From an uncultured virus (IMG/VR IMGVR_UViG_3300044627_004988) (Duplodnaviria; Heunggongvirae; Uroviricota; Caudoviricetes), in the IMG/VR virus record IMGVR_UViG_3300044627_004988: DNA of 64,000 bases; one strand, written 5' to 3'. Below are positions 7,510 through 17,842 of this stretch, piece after piece. The position numbers and the translations under genes were made by a program. Under the pieces are notes generated by a model, which had not been told where the DNA came from, searched no databases, and was given only the letters and a program-made list of their open reading frames with translations. Within the stretch, counting starts at the first letter, position 1; each line of letters begins with the position of its first letter.

Positions 7510-9612
7510 TTAACCTTTAACGTTTTCCTTAATGAACTTTATTTCGCATGAGTCTGTAGTGCAATAGTTTTCTCCAATTGCATCTGCTGCAAGTCCAGCA
7601 TAGACTCCAGAGAAATCAATTGGGAACAAGTCCATTGACCCCTGCTTGTATTCTTCTTCTGTTATTTGCGTGTACGGCATTTGCGGATAGGTCATGTTCC
7701 CTGAAGGTAGAAATGATACTGTCTTTAACTGACCATCGTACATGTGCAAAACAGTTCCAACGTGTTGAGATTCCGTTTCTGGATTAAAAGAAACAGTGAC
7801 AGAGACTGAGTTATCTGACCAGTATCTTTGGGCAACGGCAGCGAGTGACATCTTTTCAAAGATTGTTACATCACGCTCTGCTCTCTTTGCCCCAGATTCA
7901 ATCGGAAAAAATACAACTGACGTTGTATCAGGAGATTCTGACGCTGGTTCAACTCTATAGTTAGCCATTTTAAATAATGGCAACATTGGGTCTTCGTTTG
8001 AGAATCTAATTGCACGATTAAAGAACTTTCCACCTGGGGTCCAGTGGACTCCTGGAGACTGTCCAGCAAGGATCGATACAGTACCTGATGGCTTCACTGT
8101 TGTCATCTTAATTGATTCGCGCACACCAAGCCACTCAGAATAAATATTATCATATCTCTGAATTGTCTTGTATCCTTGGTCCATCCAGTCACGAAGTACA
8201 GGCATCCCGTTTATGTCTGCAAAGTCTGCTACTCCAGACATTGAAGTACCTATGCGTCGGTTACGTTGCATGATTGCATTAGTCTCTTCCCAATGGGTTG
8301 GAAGGAGTGTTACGGTCTTAGCATAGAGATAGGCAAACTTTAAAGTTCTCTTATAATCTTCCAGGGAGTCATGTCGGCCTAAGTATGTCTCCACTAATGT
8401 GCAGCACTCGTAGGACTCAAGGGACTGCTCAGCACATGGGTTGAAACCTGCTACCCTATGATCTTTGTTATTAACTGCGTCAGCAAGACGCCCATACTTG
8501 CGAGCCATGTCCATCCAAATAACCCCTGGCTCACCATTTCTAGCGATGCCATCAACGATAGGAGAAAGGTCTTGACCAACAGAAACCTCTACTGAGTTAT
8601 TGGACATCCAACCCCAGCCTGGGTTTTCTGAGTCATATGAATTTCTTTCTGGAAATACTTCAGCGTTCTTTAAGTTTAGAAAATCTTGATCGTCAATTCT
8701 ACCAATCAAAAGCTCTGCTGATCGTCTTACGTTTCCTGAGACTACACAGACACCAATTAAGTTTCCTATATCAGCTATGTCTTTTCGTGTTAACTTCTCA
8801 CCTGCACGACCTAAGAATAGCTTTCTAATTGCCTCGTGTAATTTCATTAAAGGAGCTGGACCAGATGCTGTTCCTCCAAATGTTTTAATTGGACTACCCA
8901 ATGGACGAATAAGTGTATAGTCAAATTGGATAGGATTTTGATCCGGCTTTAAGAAAGAGTTAATTAAATCGCCAGTAGCTCTTGCCCAGCTCTCACGATC
9001 ATCAGCAATAGCATCTACAACAGAAGCTTTTGTTGGCTCATATATTGTAAAGTCTTTATCTGCACCTTTGTCGTCAAATCCTACGCCTACTCCCAACATG
9101 GACGCTTCCATCAAGAACATGAACGGCTTAGCTGGATTAGCCTTTGTCATTTCTGCTGTGCTAACAAAGGCACAGTTCTGCAGTGCAGCTGAGTTCTTAT
9201 GAACGTTAACAATCTGTGTTCCCATCATCCAAAGTCCACGACCTGGTGGTGTCCACTTAAAGTTGAACAAGCGATCAAAAGCTTCCTTTGCTGAAGCCTG
9301 AGCCTTTGCGTCATTCCATGGAAGGCGGCTCTTCTTGCAGTGATCTTTTTGCAAAGAGTACATGCCGTTAATAACTCTTTCGCATACATCAACCCATGTC
9401 TCTTTTGTGCCATCTTCTTTTAGTCTTGAATACGTGCGGAGAAATGTTATCTCTCCAACGGAGTTTCCAGCTGCGTCAACATAACCAAATGGCGCAGTTT
9501 TGCTCCTATATGACTGGACAAAATCATCAGTAATCCTAAACGCAAAAGTACTAGTCGACTTGGTTTCGATTGGGAATAAGTCAGGATTGCCGTTTTCTAT
9601 TTCTTCTAACAC
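7510..9612 (-). CDS. nrdJ: Class II (adenosylcobalamin-dependent) ribonucleotide reductase, monomeric RTPR-like
   Basis: PPGRGLW, LQNCAF, GNVRRSA, NPCAEQSL (catalytic), TTVKPSGTVS and C-terminal CTTDSC redox pair. AAGGAG RBS before the GTG start. Confidence 0.92.
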   Translation of the reverse strand: MLEEIENGNPDLFPIETKSTSTFAFRITDDFVQSYRSKTAPFGYVDAAGNSVGEITFLRTYSRLKEDGTKETWVDVCERVINGMYSLQKDHCKKSRLPWNDAKAQASAKEAFDRLFNFKWTPPGRGLWMMGTQIVNVHKNSAALQNCAFVSTAEMTKANPAKPFMFLMEASMLGVGVGFDDKGADKDFTIYEPTKASVVDAIADDRESWARATGDLINSFLKPDQNPIQFDYTLIRPLGSPIKTFGGTASGPAPLMKLHEAIRKLFLGRAGEKLTRKDIADIGNLIGVCVVSGNVRRSAELLIGRIDDQDFLNLKNAEVFPERNSYDSENPGWGWMSNNSVEVSVGQDLSPIVDGIARNGEPGVIWMDMARKYGRLADAVNNKDHRVAGFNPCAEQSLESYECCTLVETYLGRHDSLEDYKRTLKFAYLYAKTVTLLPTHWEETNAIMQRNRRIGTSMSGVADFADINGMPVLRDWMDQGYKTIQRYDNIYSEWLGVRESIKMTTVKPSGTVSILAGQSPGVHWTPGGKFFNRAIRFSNEDPMLPLFKMANYRVEPASESPDTTSVVFFPIESGAKRAERDVTIFEKMSLAAVAQRYWSDNSVSVTVSFNPETESQHVGTVLHMYDGQLKTVSFLPSGNMTYPQMPYTQITEEEYKQGSMDLFPIDFSGVYAGLAADAIGENYCTTDSCEIKFIKENVKG

Positions 9613-9630
9613 TTTTTATGTCTCCTTGTT

Positions 9631-10341
9631 TTAGTTATTCTGGTATGTTTTCACGTATTTTGGATTTGTTTTTGCTAATTCCATTTTTTTTATCTTAAGT
9701 ATTTTTTCTAAATTGTATACTTTATATATCTGTTTCTCGAAAAAGTAGCCGCTTCTCCAGTTGGTTACCTTTGGTAACAGACCTTTGTGGCTTATGAATA
9801 TACTGGACACTACAGCTCCACCATATATTGTAACAAGATTCTTAAGCTTTTGCGCAACTAGATCTTTGTTACTTGCGTCTATACAACCGCTTGAATCCGC
9901 TTTATCGTACAGCCAATTAAAAGCTTGTCGCGTCATTGGCGAATAGTCGATTGGGTCTATTACACCTAGTTCTATTATTTTTTTTCTATTATTTTTAATC
10001 TCTATATCAGTTGTCACTACTTCTTTGAATAGTTCAAACCAATCGCGTTCGTAAAATTGTGCCCAAGCTGTACACCAAAATAACAAAGAGTGAGGGGGGT
10101 CTGGTATCTGAGTGTTGTCCATACCAGGCAGCAGTATAGCACAGCTTACTGCTCTTTTAACTAAAGCCTTTGATTGCTCTTCGTTCTTGTTCTTATTATA
10201 AAAATTTCCCCATAGCTTTTGTATGTGTTCTGACCACTCTACATCTGCTATATATAGCTTAAGATATTCTTCTGCTAGTTCTATGGGCATAGCGTCTTCT
10301 GCTATGACTCTTTCAAGTAAATTTTTTGACACCATAACCAC
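9631..10341 (-). CDS. Hypothetical protein
   Basis: 236-aa ORF with no motif I recognise. Confidence 0.65.
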   Translation of the reverse strand: MVMVSKNLLERVIAEDAMPIELAEEYLKLYIADVEWSEHIQKLWGNFYNKNKNEEQSKALVKRAVSCAILLPGMDNTQIPDPPHSLLFWCTAWAQFYERDWFELFKEVVTTDIEIKNNRKKIIELGVIDPIDYSPMTRQAFNWLYDKADSSGCIDASNKDLVAQKLKNLVTIYGGAVVSSIFISHKGLLPKVTNWRSGYFFEKQIYKVYNLEKILKIKKMELAKTNPKYVKTYQNN

Positions 10342-10385
10342 CTGTCTAAAATTAGAAAAACATATAAAGTAACCGTATAAATAAG

Positions 10386-10412
10386 TAAGTCCCGTCTAGG
10401 CGACGGGACTTA
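10386..10412 (-). terminator. Intrinsic terminator-like hairpin at the structural/metabolic module boundary
   Basis: 11-bp stem TAAGTCCCGTC/GACGGGACTTA with a 5-nt loop, followed by CTTATTT on the minus strand. Confidence 0.65.
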
Positions 10413-10437
10413 GATAACTAATGTTCATGCCTCGTAT

Positions 10438-10446
10438 AGTATATCA
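10438..10446 (-). promoter_or_regulatory. Extended -10-like element TGATATACT
   Basis: TGnTATAcT in the 10342-10479 intergenic region. Confidence 0.45.
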
Positions 10447-10479
10447 AGGCGCTAACTGATTAGTGGGATTGTAGCGTGA

Positions 10480-10809
10480 CTATTTTTCCAGATCTTTATC
10501 TTTCCAAATGTTTTTTCTTATCTTTTTTTCTGCTAACAGATGAGCTGTTAATACACCCCACGCAGCATATGCTACCACTGAAGTTGATGGTTTCTCTGTG
10601 AATCTCCAAAAAGCTTTAGTAAGAGTTTCCGCTTTCTTGCTTTTTATTGCATAGATGTCATATGCTGCTATAGATGTAGCTAAAACAAGCCAAGCATAGT
10701 CGCCAGAGATTGTATCTTTTTGTTTTTCTAAAGATACAGGGTTTTTATAATAGTTAGAGAGCCTTTGCAGACGGTACACCTTTGTATTCCTGTACTTTGT
10801 ATCTGCCAT
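10480..10809 (-). CDS. Small membrane protein of a type seen in actinobacteriophages (start uncertain, GTG 10779 possible)
   Basis: AWLVLATSIAAYD...ETLTKAFWR...AAWGVLTAHL, with two hydrophobic helices. Confidence 0.6.
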   Translation of the reverse strand: MADTKYRNTKVYRLQRLSNYYKNPVSLEKQKDTISGDYAWLVLATSIAAYDIYAIKSKKAETLTKAFWRFTEKPSTSVVAYAAWGVLTAHLLAEKKIRKNIWKDKDLEK

Positions 10810-11377
10810 AGTCGCTTACTACGTTAGCTTGACCGTAACCGCTGGTGAAAACTGCAGCACTTGGTACTCCGTTAAGCTCAGTTGGTCTAAACAAACCGAA
10901 AGAAGCTGCCATGCCGGTTGTTCTACCAACAGCGTGTCCTAGGTTAGCAAATGCTTCTGCTGAAGCAACGCCATCAAACTTATAATTACTGTAGAGGGCA
11001 TAGTCGCTTGCGCGGTCTACTGCATGGCCCCCATCAAGTGCCTTGGCTGAGCTTAGACCCTTGAATTCCTGTGGTTTGAATCTTGCGCCAGCGTATGTTG
11101 CCGTACCATCAGCAAATGTCCCAGAAAGTGGGTGCACATAGAGCGCAGTCCCATTAAGAATCTGCGAAAGAAGTACGTTACCTGGGTGTCTACCGGTTCC
11201 TGGTGTGTGGTCATTGTCTGGTGCACCAGTCAACAGTTGGCTAGTAGCATACAGTGGGTAGAATGAATAGGTGCCCGTTGACTTGGCTTTGCCCGTCATT
11301 GAGACGTATGGGTTCACCATATCTTTGGAATTTTGGCCTCTTAATACTGGTCTAGGTCCTACATAGAACGTTGTCAT
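10754..11377 (-). CDS. Gly/Ala-rich repeat protein, probable virion component
   Basis: Strong AAGGAG RBS and its own promoter-like element. Four imperfect repeats: FKPQEFKGLSSAKAL, YSNYKFDGVASAEAF, FRPTELNGVPSAAVF, YKVQEYKGVPSAKAL. Confidence 0.65.
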   Translation of the reverse strand: MTTFYVGPRPVLRGQNSKDMVNPYVSMTGKAKSTGTYSFYPLYATSQLLTGAPDNDHTPGTGRHPGNVLLSQILNGTALYVHPLSGTFADGTATYAGARFKPQEFKGLSSAKALDGGHAVDRASDYALYSNYKFDGVASAEAFANLGHAVGRTTGMAASFGLFRPTELNGVPSAAVFTSGYGQANVVSDYGRYKVQEYKGVPSAKAL

Positions 11378-11408
11378 TTAAAACTCCTTTTAAAATTATT
11401 TGATATGT

Positions 11409-11420
11409 ATTATATAGTAA
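11409..11420 (-). promoter_or_regulatory. Promoter-like element TTACTATATAAT
   Basis: Perfect TATAAT about 30 nt upstream of the ATG at 11377; shares the TACTATA core with the 10434-10446 element. Confidence 0.45.
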
Positions 11421-11435
11421 CTAGCCTGACGTAGA

Positions 11436-12704
11436 TTAACTGTATTTAATCATAATATCAGACAGGATAGGAATCGTACCATCGTCTAATTCGTTCATCG
11501 TTATTTCCAGCCAAATCAAAGCAGAGCCCCCCTGTGGGGTTTGGCTGTAGCCTCCACCTGCAGTTGGATAATATACTTTTGAGCTGAAGGCAAGTTGCGT
11601 TAAGCTAAGCGGAACATTGTATATCTTTGGCGTTACACCCGTAACATTAAAAATCAACGTGTCCTTAGGAGCAACAAACTTAATGAACATTTTGCCCTGT
11701 GGCATGTACTTGTCTGCTCTAATGTCTAAGTCAGACAGGCCATAGGTGTAAATAAATTTACCATTTTCTTTTATATAATTTCTTTGTCTCATTTGGATTC
11801 TAAAGCCAGTTATTGGCTTATTGTCGGTCTTGGTTATAGTGCAATTAAAGTAAAGAGGTCCAGAGTTCATTATTGCGTCGGAAACCTGATTGTTACTCCA
11901 ACCACCAGGGGCTACGTACCCTACTGCATCGGGATCATTATTATAAAGACCATTAACATTTAATGCTCTCCAAGAATCACCTGAAGTTAAAGATGGATTA
12001 GCGGTCTGCGTATACTCAACAGATAGTATATCTACTGAGTTAACCGGGTAAGGGCTAAACCTTAAGTTGTTAATTTTTAAATTCGAAGATGCGTTTGGAA
12101 CTTTAATGTAAAGATACGTAAGGGCTCCAGTATCGGACTGGGTATCGGAGATAATCGATCTTTTCCAAACCCTATCAGCTCTATCATACAAAGCGTAGTA
12201 AGGTGGAGTGGTATCAATTTTTGCACCTGGGGCGTCCAAAGAGTTAATTGGGGATACTCGAAGGTTAATATAGTTAGGCATAACTTGTTCGCCTAATGTA
12301 TTATATGTTTTCATAATTGAAATAGAAGGCCCAGAAATAAGCGGGAGCGTCACAAAGTTATAGATAGAATTAAACGACAATTGCTCAGATATACCTATTG
12401 CCAAATCTGTGCCAGAGAATCTTCCATTATCAATTTGACTAAATGAATGAAGCGTTATCATTTTTTCATTAGCCTCTAAAGCCTTTAATCTGTCAGAAAC
12501 ATCTTTGACTGCTTGGGACAAGAAAATATGATCGGTTATGATCCTATTAAAGCTTGACTCAATCTTGGTGTCTATTATGTTGTACTTATTGTACAAAGAA
12601 ACTAAGTCTTGATAATTTTCTTCAACCCTTTTGTTATAGTCTGCTGATGAGTAATTACCACCATATTGGTTAGTTCTCTTTTGGGTGTATATTTCTTCTG
12701 ACAT
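11436..12704 (-). CDS. Virion structural (baseplate-associated) protein
   Basis: N-terminal coiled coil followed by beta-rich domains; last gene of the structural run. Confidence 0.55.
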   Translation of the reverse strand: MSEEIYTQKRTNQYGGNYSSADYNKRVEENYQDLVSLYNKYNIIDTKIESSFNRIITDHIFLSQAVKDVSDRLKALEANEKMITLHSFSQIDNGRFSGTDLAIGISEQLSFNSIYNFVTLPLISGPSISIMKTYNTLGEQVMPNYINLRVSPINSLDAPGAKIDTTPPYYALYDRADRVWKRSIISDTQSDTGALTYLYIKVPNASSNLKINNLRFSPYPVNSVDILSVEYTQTANPSLTSGDSWRALNVNGLYNNDPDAVGYVAPGGWSNNQVSDAIMNSGPLYFNCTITKTDNKPITGFRIQMRQRNYIKENGKFIYTYGLSDLDIRADKYMPQGKMFIKFVAPKDTLIFNVTGVTPKIYNVPLSLTQLAFSSKVYYPTAGGGYSQTPQGGSALIWLEITMNELDDGTIPILSDIMIKYS

Positions 12705-13103
12705 TTATTTCTCCTGATTTTCTAGGGCTTTTATCTTATTTAGAATTCTATTTAAAGTACTACTTAATTCTAATATATCTTCTGTAAAAACCGTTTGTTC
12801 TGCTGAGGAAGGTGTTGCGCCTTGCCCAAAAATTCTGTATTGCGCATTAAAGAATGGAGTTGCTGCATTAGTTAAAGGGGTAGCAGAGTTATGATGATAG
12901 CCAACTTCCGACATAACCCTCAGGAGTGATGAAGCTCCCTGTATCCTGGCTTCTAATCGAGACACGTCCATCTTGAACTGATCTTGCTCTAAGTTTATCT
13001 TACCAGATTCTCTATGTCCTCTGTATATTTGCCTTGATCTTTGCAAGATCGGTTGAAATATATTTTGGCTTTTATCAAACTCATTATAAAAATAATTTTT
13101 CAT
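12705..13103 (-). CDS. Small virion structural protein with three ATP motifs
   Basis: QRSRQIYRGHRESGKIN resembles the N-terminus of the 11436..12704 protein; coiled coils; NSATP, NAATP and QGATP. Confidence 0.55.
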   Translation of the reverse strand: MKNYFYNEFDKSQNIFQPILQRSRQIYRGHRESGKINLEQDQFKMDVSRLEARIQGASSLLRVMSEVGYHHNSATPLTNAATPFFNAQYRIFGQGATPSSAEQTVFTEDILELSSTLNRILNKIKALENQEK

Positions 13104-13110
13104 AAAATAC

Positions 13111-15333
13111 TTAACTCGACCTTCCTCTTAAGATGTCAGTAGCTGTTTTTCTTGCAGCGTCTTTTACGTTGTCTGATCTCTTAAACTTAACCTTATAGGA
13201 TGTAATCGCTGGTGTAGATTTTGGATCACCAATTGGCCTACTAAAGTCTGCCCTTATTCTAATTGAGGAAACATCGTTGTTTGAGTTGTTGACATAATAA
13301 TACATTCTAGACCCTGGAGTTATTTTTTTATTAGATATAACATAGTCAATTGTATCTATCTTCTTTATTGCAAAAGATGCATTGATCGTATTGTTGTTGT
13401 TCTTGAATAGCTCTGGGTTGATCAAGGATAGATAGTTTTGATATACCATACCGTAGTCAGTTATTCTAGATCCCTGCAACAGCGTCATCGATCCGTATAG
13501 CCCACCAGTTGAACCAGAGGTAACCCTAGGCGCAGCATCGATTGCTATCGCTATACTGTTCTTTCCTGATTTTAGATTTAACTCTATCTCGTCGGAGTAT
13601 TGGCCAGGCAGTACGTTCCTTACAAGCACCCCGTTTACGTAAACTGACATATCCCAAAGAGCTGAGTTATCATCGTTCTTTAGTATTGTTTTATTAATTT
13701 TTACATCGGAAGAAACTAAAATCTCAAAACTTATAAGAACACTTCCGCCATCATTTAAGTTGGGCGCAGTCCAAAATATAGGAGAAGAAGACATATCTTC
13801 CGTAGAGGCTATAACGTTGTTCGACTCTAGGTCTGGAATTATTTCATTCTTCCATCTTGATAAAGACTTAGATAAATTTTGCTTGTAACTTGTCCTATAC
13901 CAAGAAAACTTATTGTACCCTTCTAAGATTATTGGTTCAGAATATTGTATTTGCGGGTTAAGTTTTGCAACTTTGTAAATTGATATACCCTCAAGTCCTG
14001 GTATGTTTGTAAATGGTTGAGTAGAAAAATACTTTAAAGTGTCCGAACTGGTGGACTCTGATGATGATTCTACAATAGTAGAATAAACAAGATTAGAACC
14101 CTGGAAGTCTACTACGTCTGGGTTAGTTTTATTCAAAGTATTTTGTGCAGAGATTGGTATCCAAGCGTAGTCGTTTATGCTTGAAGCATTTTCGACATTT
14201 TTTGCTACAAAAAGGTCTATCGCATTAACGCTAGTGTTTTGGCTAATGAGGTCTATCGATACCCCATCTATTATATTTTTTGTATTATCTATAGAGTTTA
14301 AAGATATAGGGTTAGAAACGTATGAACCGTATGTTTCGTAATATGGACCAGAGAATACTATATCTCTTATAGTAAAATCATATTCGTAAGAAGCTCCTGA
14401 GTTAGAAGTTGTAACTCTATCTGGTTCATTCTTTATTAAAAAAAGACTTACTAAAGTTGGCGAAGTACTTTCGAAATTAAAAACAAAATTATCAAAGTCT
14501 TTTTCTGATTGACCAGAATAGACCAGTGGCTCACTTGATTGATTTGTCGCCCCAGATATATGAGCTAAAACTTTTACCGGCTTATCTGAAGATAACCTTC
14601 CAAAAACTTTTGATATAATTTCTCCAGACATTGGAGTTATATCTAGCTGCATGGATACTATAGCTGGCTGAGTAGACCTATGGGTATAACTCCAACTTGT
14701 ATCGTTTAAACCATCAAAAATGTTTGTAGAATGTGCACCGATATCTCTTGCTGTTACTGAAGAAGTTCCATTTTCATATACGGTGTAAGATACCGCAGCA
14801 GCTGTGCTACCTTGGTTGCCAGGTCTATTAAATGATCCAGATTCTACGCTTGATAGAGTTAAGCTACGAGATTCTTTGTCATAGTATACTGATGATAGTT
14901 TTGTGTCTATACAGGTTATGTCTGTAAATTCTTCGGTAAAGGACGCATAGAAACCATCTGAATTTGTTATATTAAATATTAAATCATCAATTTTTTTCTC
15001 TAAAGTAGCTCTTTTAGATCTTAGGTTATCTATCCTGTTATTGATCGATGTTACGGTCTGGAACATATCTTCTACTGCTTCATGACTTGCATCGTAGAGT
15101 ATGTCCATATTAAATATTGTTTTTAACATCATCGAATTAAAATCATCTACGTTTGTTACGTTTTGTGATCTTAAGATCTCTGGGTTAATTTCAATAGGGG
15201 CACCAGGCGAGTTTGCTCTAAAGTACTCAGAGTATGCTTTCTTTAATGAATTTTCATCAAGAAGTTTTCCATAAGAATAATTTAATTTATAGAGGTTTTT
15301 TAAAAACCTAGCTTTTTGTATGTCCTCTATCAT
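13111..15333 (-). CDS. Virion structural protein (coiled coil + beta-sandwich domains)
   Basis: 740 aa, Ser/Asn-rich, in the structural run; architecture similar to its neighbours. Confidence 0.55.
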   Translation of the reverse strand: MIEDIQKARFLKNLYKLNYSYGKLLDENSLKKAYSEYFRANSPGAPIEINPEILRSQNVTNVDDFNSMMLKTIFNMDILYDASHEAVEDMFQTVTSINNRIDNLRSKRATLEKKIDDLIFNITNSDGFYASFTEEFTDITCIDTKLSSVYYDKESRSLTLSSVESGSFNRPGNQGSTAAAVSYTVYENGTSSVTARDIGAHSTNIFDGLNDTSWSYTHRSTQPAIVSMQLDITPMSGEIISKVFGRLSSDKPVKVLAHISGATNQSSEPLVYSGQSEKDFDNFVFNFESTSPTLVSLFLIKNEPDRVTTSNSGASYEYDFTIRDIVFSGPYYETYGSYVSNPISLNSIDNTKNIIDGVSIDLISQNTSVNAIDLFVAKNVENASSINDYAWIPISAQNTLNKTNPDVVDFQGSNLVYSTIVESSSESTSSDTLKYFSTQPFTNIPGLEGISIYKVAKLNPQIQYSEPIILEGYNKFSWYRTSYKQNLSKSLSRWKNEIIPDLESNNVIASTEDMSSSPIFWTAPNLNDGGSVLISFEILVSSDVKINKTILKNDDNSALWDMSVYVNGVLVRNVLPGQYSDEIELNLKSGKNSIAIAIDAAPRVTSGSTGGLYGSMTLLQGSRITDYGMVYQNYLSLINPELFKNNNNTINASFAIKKIDTIDYVISNKKITPGSRMYYYVNNSNNDVSSIRIRADFSRPIGDPKSTPAITSYKVKFKRSDNVKDAARKTATDILRGRSS

Positions 15334-17841
15334 GCTCTCTTTACCTTTGCTGCTAATTGGTAGTAATTTATAAGCGGTGTGCCGTTCAATACATTTGGTT
15401 TTCTAATTTTTATTCTTACTCTTACTGAGTTTATCTCTGAAGTAGTATCTATATAAGCTATTCCAGGTATTCTCAATTCACTTGAAACATTTTTGCTGAA
15501 CGAATATATCTCTGGTACATTTGAATTAAATGGATTTTCAACAGGAGATATCGGCAGCCAGGGGCCGTCTTTGCCTTCTACTGAAATATAGTAACTTATA
15601 AATTCAGTTTGTTCTGAAAACTCATTTGCCATTTCAGCAACTGGGATGGTGTAGTCAGAGTACAGCATCAAGTATTCTACTGGGTATGGGAAATTAAAAG
15701 GTTTGGAAATTATTTCTGCCGAGGTATTATACAATTCATTGCCTACCGATATATCCCTTAACCCTATAGACCATCTTTTAGCTGCGACTGTTTGGTCATT
15801 TATACTAGCGCCATCCCTAATAATCTCGTAATTTTTATTTAAGTTTATATTGTATCGGACTTTTGGTTTTGTTATTTTTTGGGATTGTTCTGCTTTAATT
15901 AATTCTCCTACATTGGCTTCGTTTTCTGTAATGGTGTATCTTTGCCCCAGGTAGTAAGATGGAGTGGCGGTTCCCTTAAAACCTGAATTTTTTTCTACAC
16001 CAGTAAGCTTGTATTTTAAAGCCCACCATTCATATACATCTGGGGCAACACCGTATCCTGGTGTTGCTGGTATATAATTTGGGTTTGCAAAAAATGGCCT
16101 TAAGATTGCATCATACTTTGGATCATTAATATTGGTTGAACTATAAAAAGCTTTGGCAGCCCCAGATGAACCAGCGTTAGCTGGCGTATCATATCCTAGT
16201 ATTTCGTTAGTTGCGGGCCACCAATTGATAAATGGAGTTGAACCTGAAGGAACTTGCCTAAGTTCATTATCGTATTCAGCCTGAGTTGAAAAAGGTTTAA
16301 GGCCCTCAACGTAAACATATTTGTTTTTCTTTTTATCAAAAACTTTCATAACATAATAAGTGACCGGGACATCCTGCACACCGCTAATAGTCACTCTTCT
16401 AGATAGATCTGACCCACCAGTTATTTCTGTTGGGTTTGATATGCTTGGTATCAACCTGTCAAGCGATGACTCTACGCCAGTTATACTTGATATAGTTGAT
16501 CTATTGTATATCAAGCTTGGATTAAACCTTGAAGAACTTGACCAAATACCTTCTGGAACAGGCTTGTTATCTGCACCAAACGATACATAATCTGTTGCAG
16601 AAAATTCATAGTTTGCATTGACTGAAGCAACTGTCCAATAGGCATGCTTGATGTTGACGCCAGCAGAAGAGCTCTGTTCAATTGTAACAGTTACTTTCGA
16701 GACATTTCTTTCTGCAAATTTAATGACAGCTTTTTTAAAGAAAAAGTTATTAGAATCGGTTACGGATGTTGGTATAGCTGTAGGCCCTACGGTGATTGGC
16801 GAGCTAAGTATCTCTTGTTTTGGTTCAAAGCCTGGATCAATTGTCTCTACTATTATAGATATTATCTTAATTGGAGTAATATTTATTTCGTCATACCCAA
16901 AAAATGGCGTTATAGAAAGACTATTTGCTGGAGCAGAACCTCTTTTAGATATTTGAAGTACCAGTTTCAAAGGACTATCATCAGAGTTATTCCATTGATA
17001 AATCAAATTTTGATTGTTTATTTTATTTTTATATTGAAACTCATAGTCTTGGCTGGCACCTCTTGGGTTGGTAACTTTTAGTTTTTCATATTCAAAATAT
17101 GTATCAGGATTTTTGTCCCTGTATGCATAGGCTACATTGTTAAGCGACTTACCGCCTTCAAAAAGGTACTTATATGAAGCAGCAGTGTTTGCAAGAGCCT
17201 GTGTTGTGATGGTAGTATCCTGGATAGCCATGTGGCTGTTGCCCAAAAACCCATTAGAAAGTTTATTCCCGTTCTCGTCTTTGTCTAATATGTCTACTGA
17301 GTCTATAGACCACACTGCGCTATCGACAACAGGCAAGCTCAAAAAACCATCTACGGTAGAAGCTAATGGAAGATCATACTTAGCTGATGTATCTATGTTA
17401 TCAAAGTTGTCAAAAGAATCGCCGTAGTAATATATGTCTTCGCTTGAACTCTTAGAATATAGTTGAAGAACTTTGATTTTTGAATTTATTCTTTCAAGAA
17501 AGTTTGATTCTTTTTCTATTTCTGAAGAAAATAAATTAAAAGTAGATATAGTTTTTGATGACAAGTAGTCTATTTGTTTTGCTACTACAGCTGAGTCTGC
17601 GCTTATATCAGTTGCGTACTTATTTAAATGCGCAGACCTTGGTGGTTGTCCGTTTTGTGACAGGCTCATAGTTAGTCATAACATTTCCAGCTGAACCAGA
17701 AACAGACTGCAAGAGTATTTGGTATTCTTTTAAGAATTCTTCATGAGTTTTAAAACCTGAATTATAGTACTTATCAAAAAAACCTGATATTTTATATACA
17801 GCGTTGTCATAGCCTACTGTGTTTGGAGAGAATTGTGCCAT
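15330..17841 (-). CDS. Virion structural protein (~836 aa) split by a +1 frameshift at ~17652
   Basis: The 73-aa ORF (17620..17841) and the 779-aa ORF join as ...YEPVTK-GQPPRSAHLN... if the C of the in-frame CGG in AAA CGG A is skipped. Confidence 0.7.
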
Positions 17842-17842
17842 T

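Noticed and set aside
10754..10809. +1-frame overlap between the repeat protein and the membrane protein as a fifth frameshift site
   Set aside because: No in-frame CGG-A; the upstream protein ends on a complete repeat, and ATG/GTG starts are available for the downstream gene.
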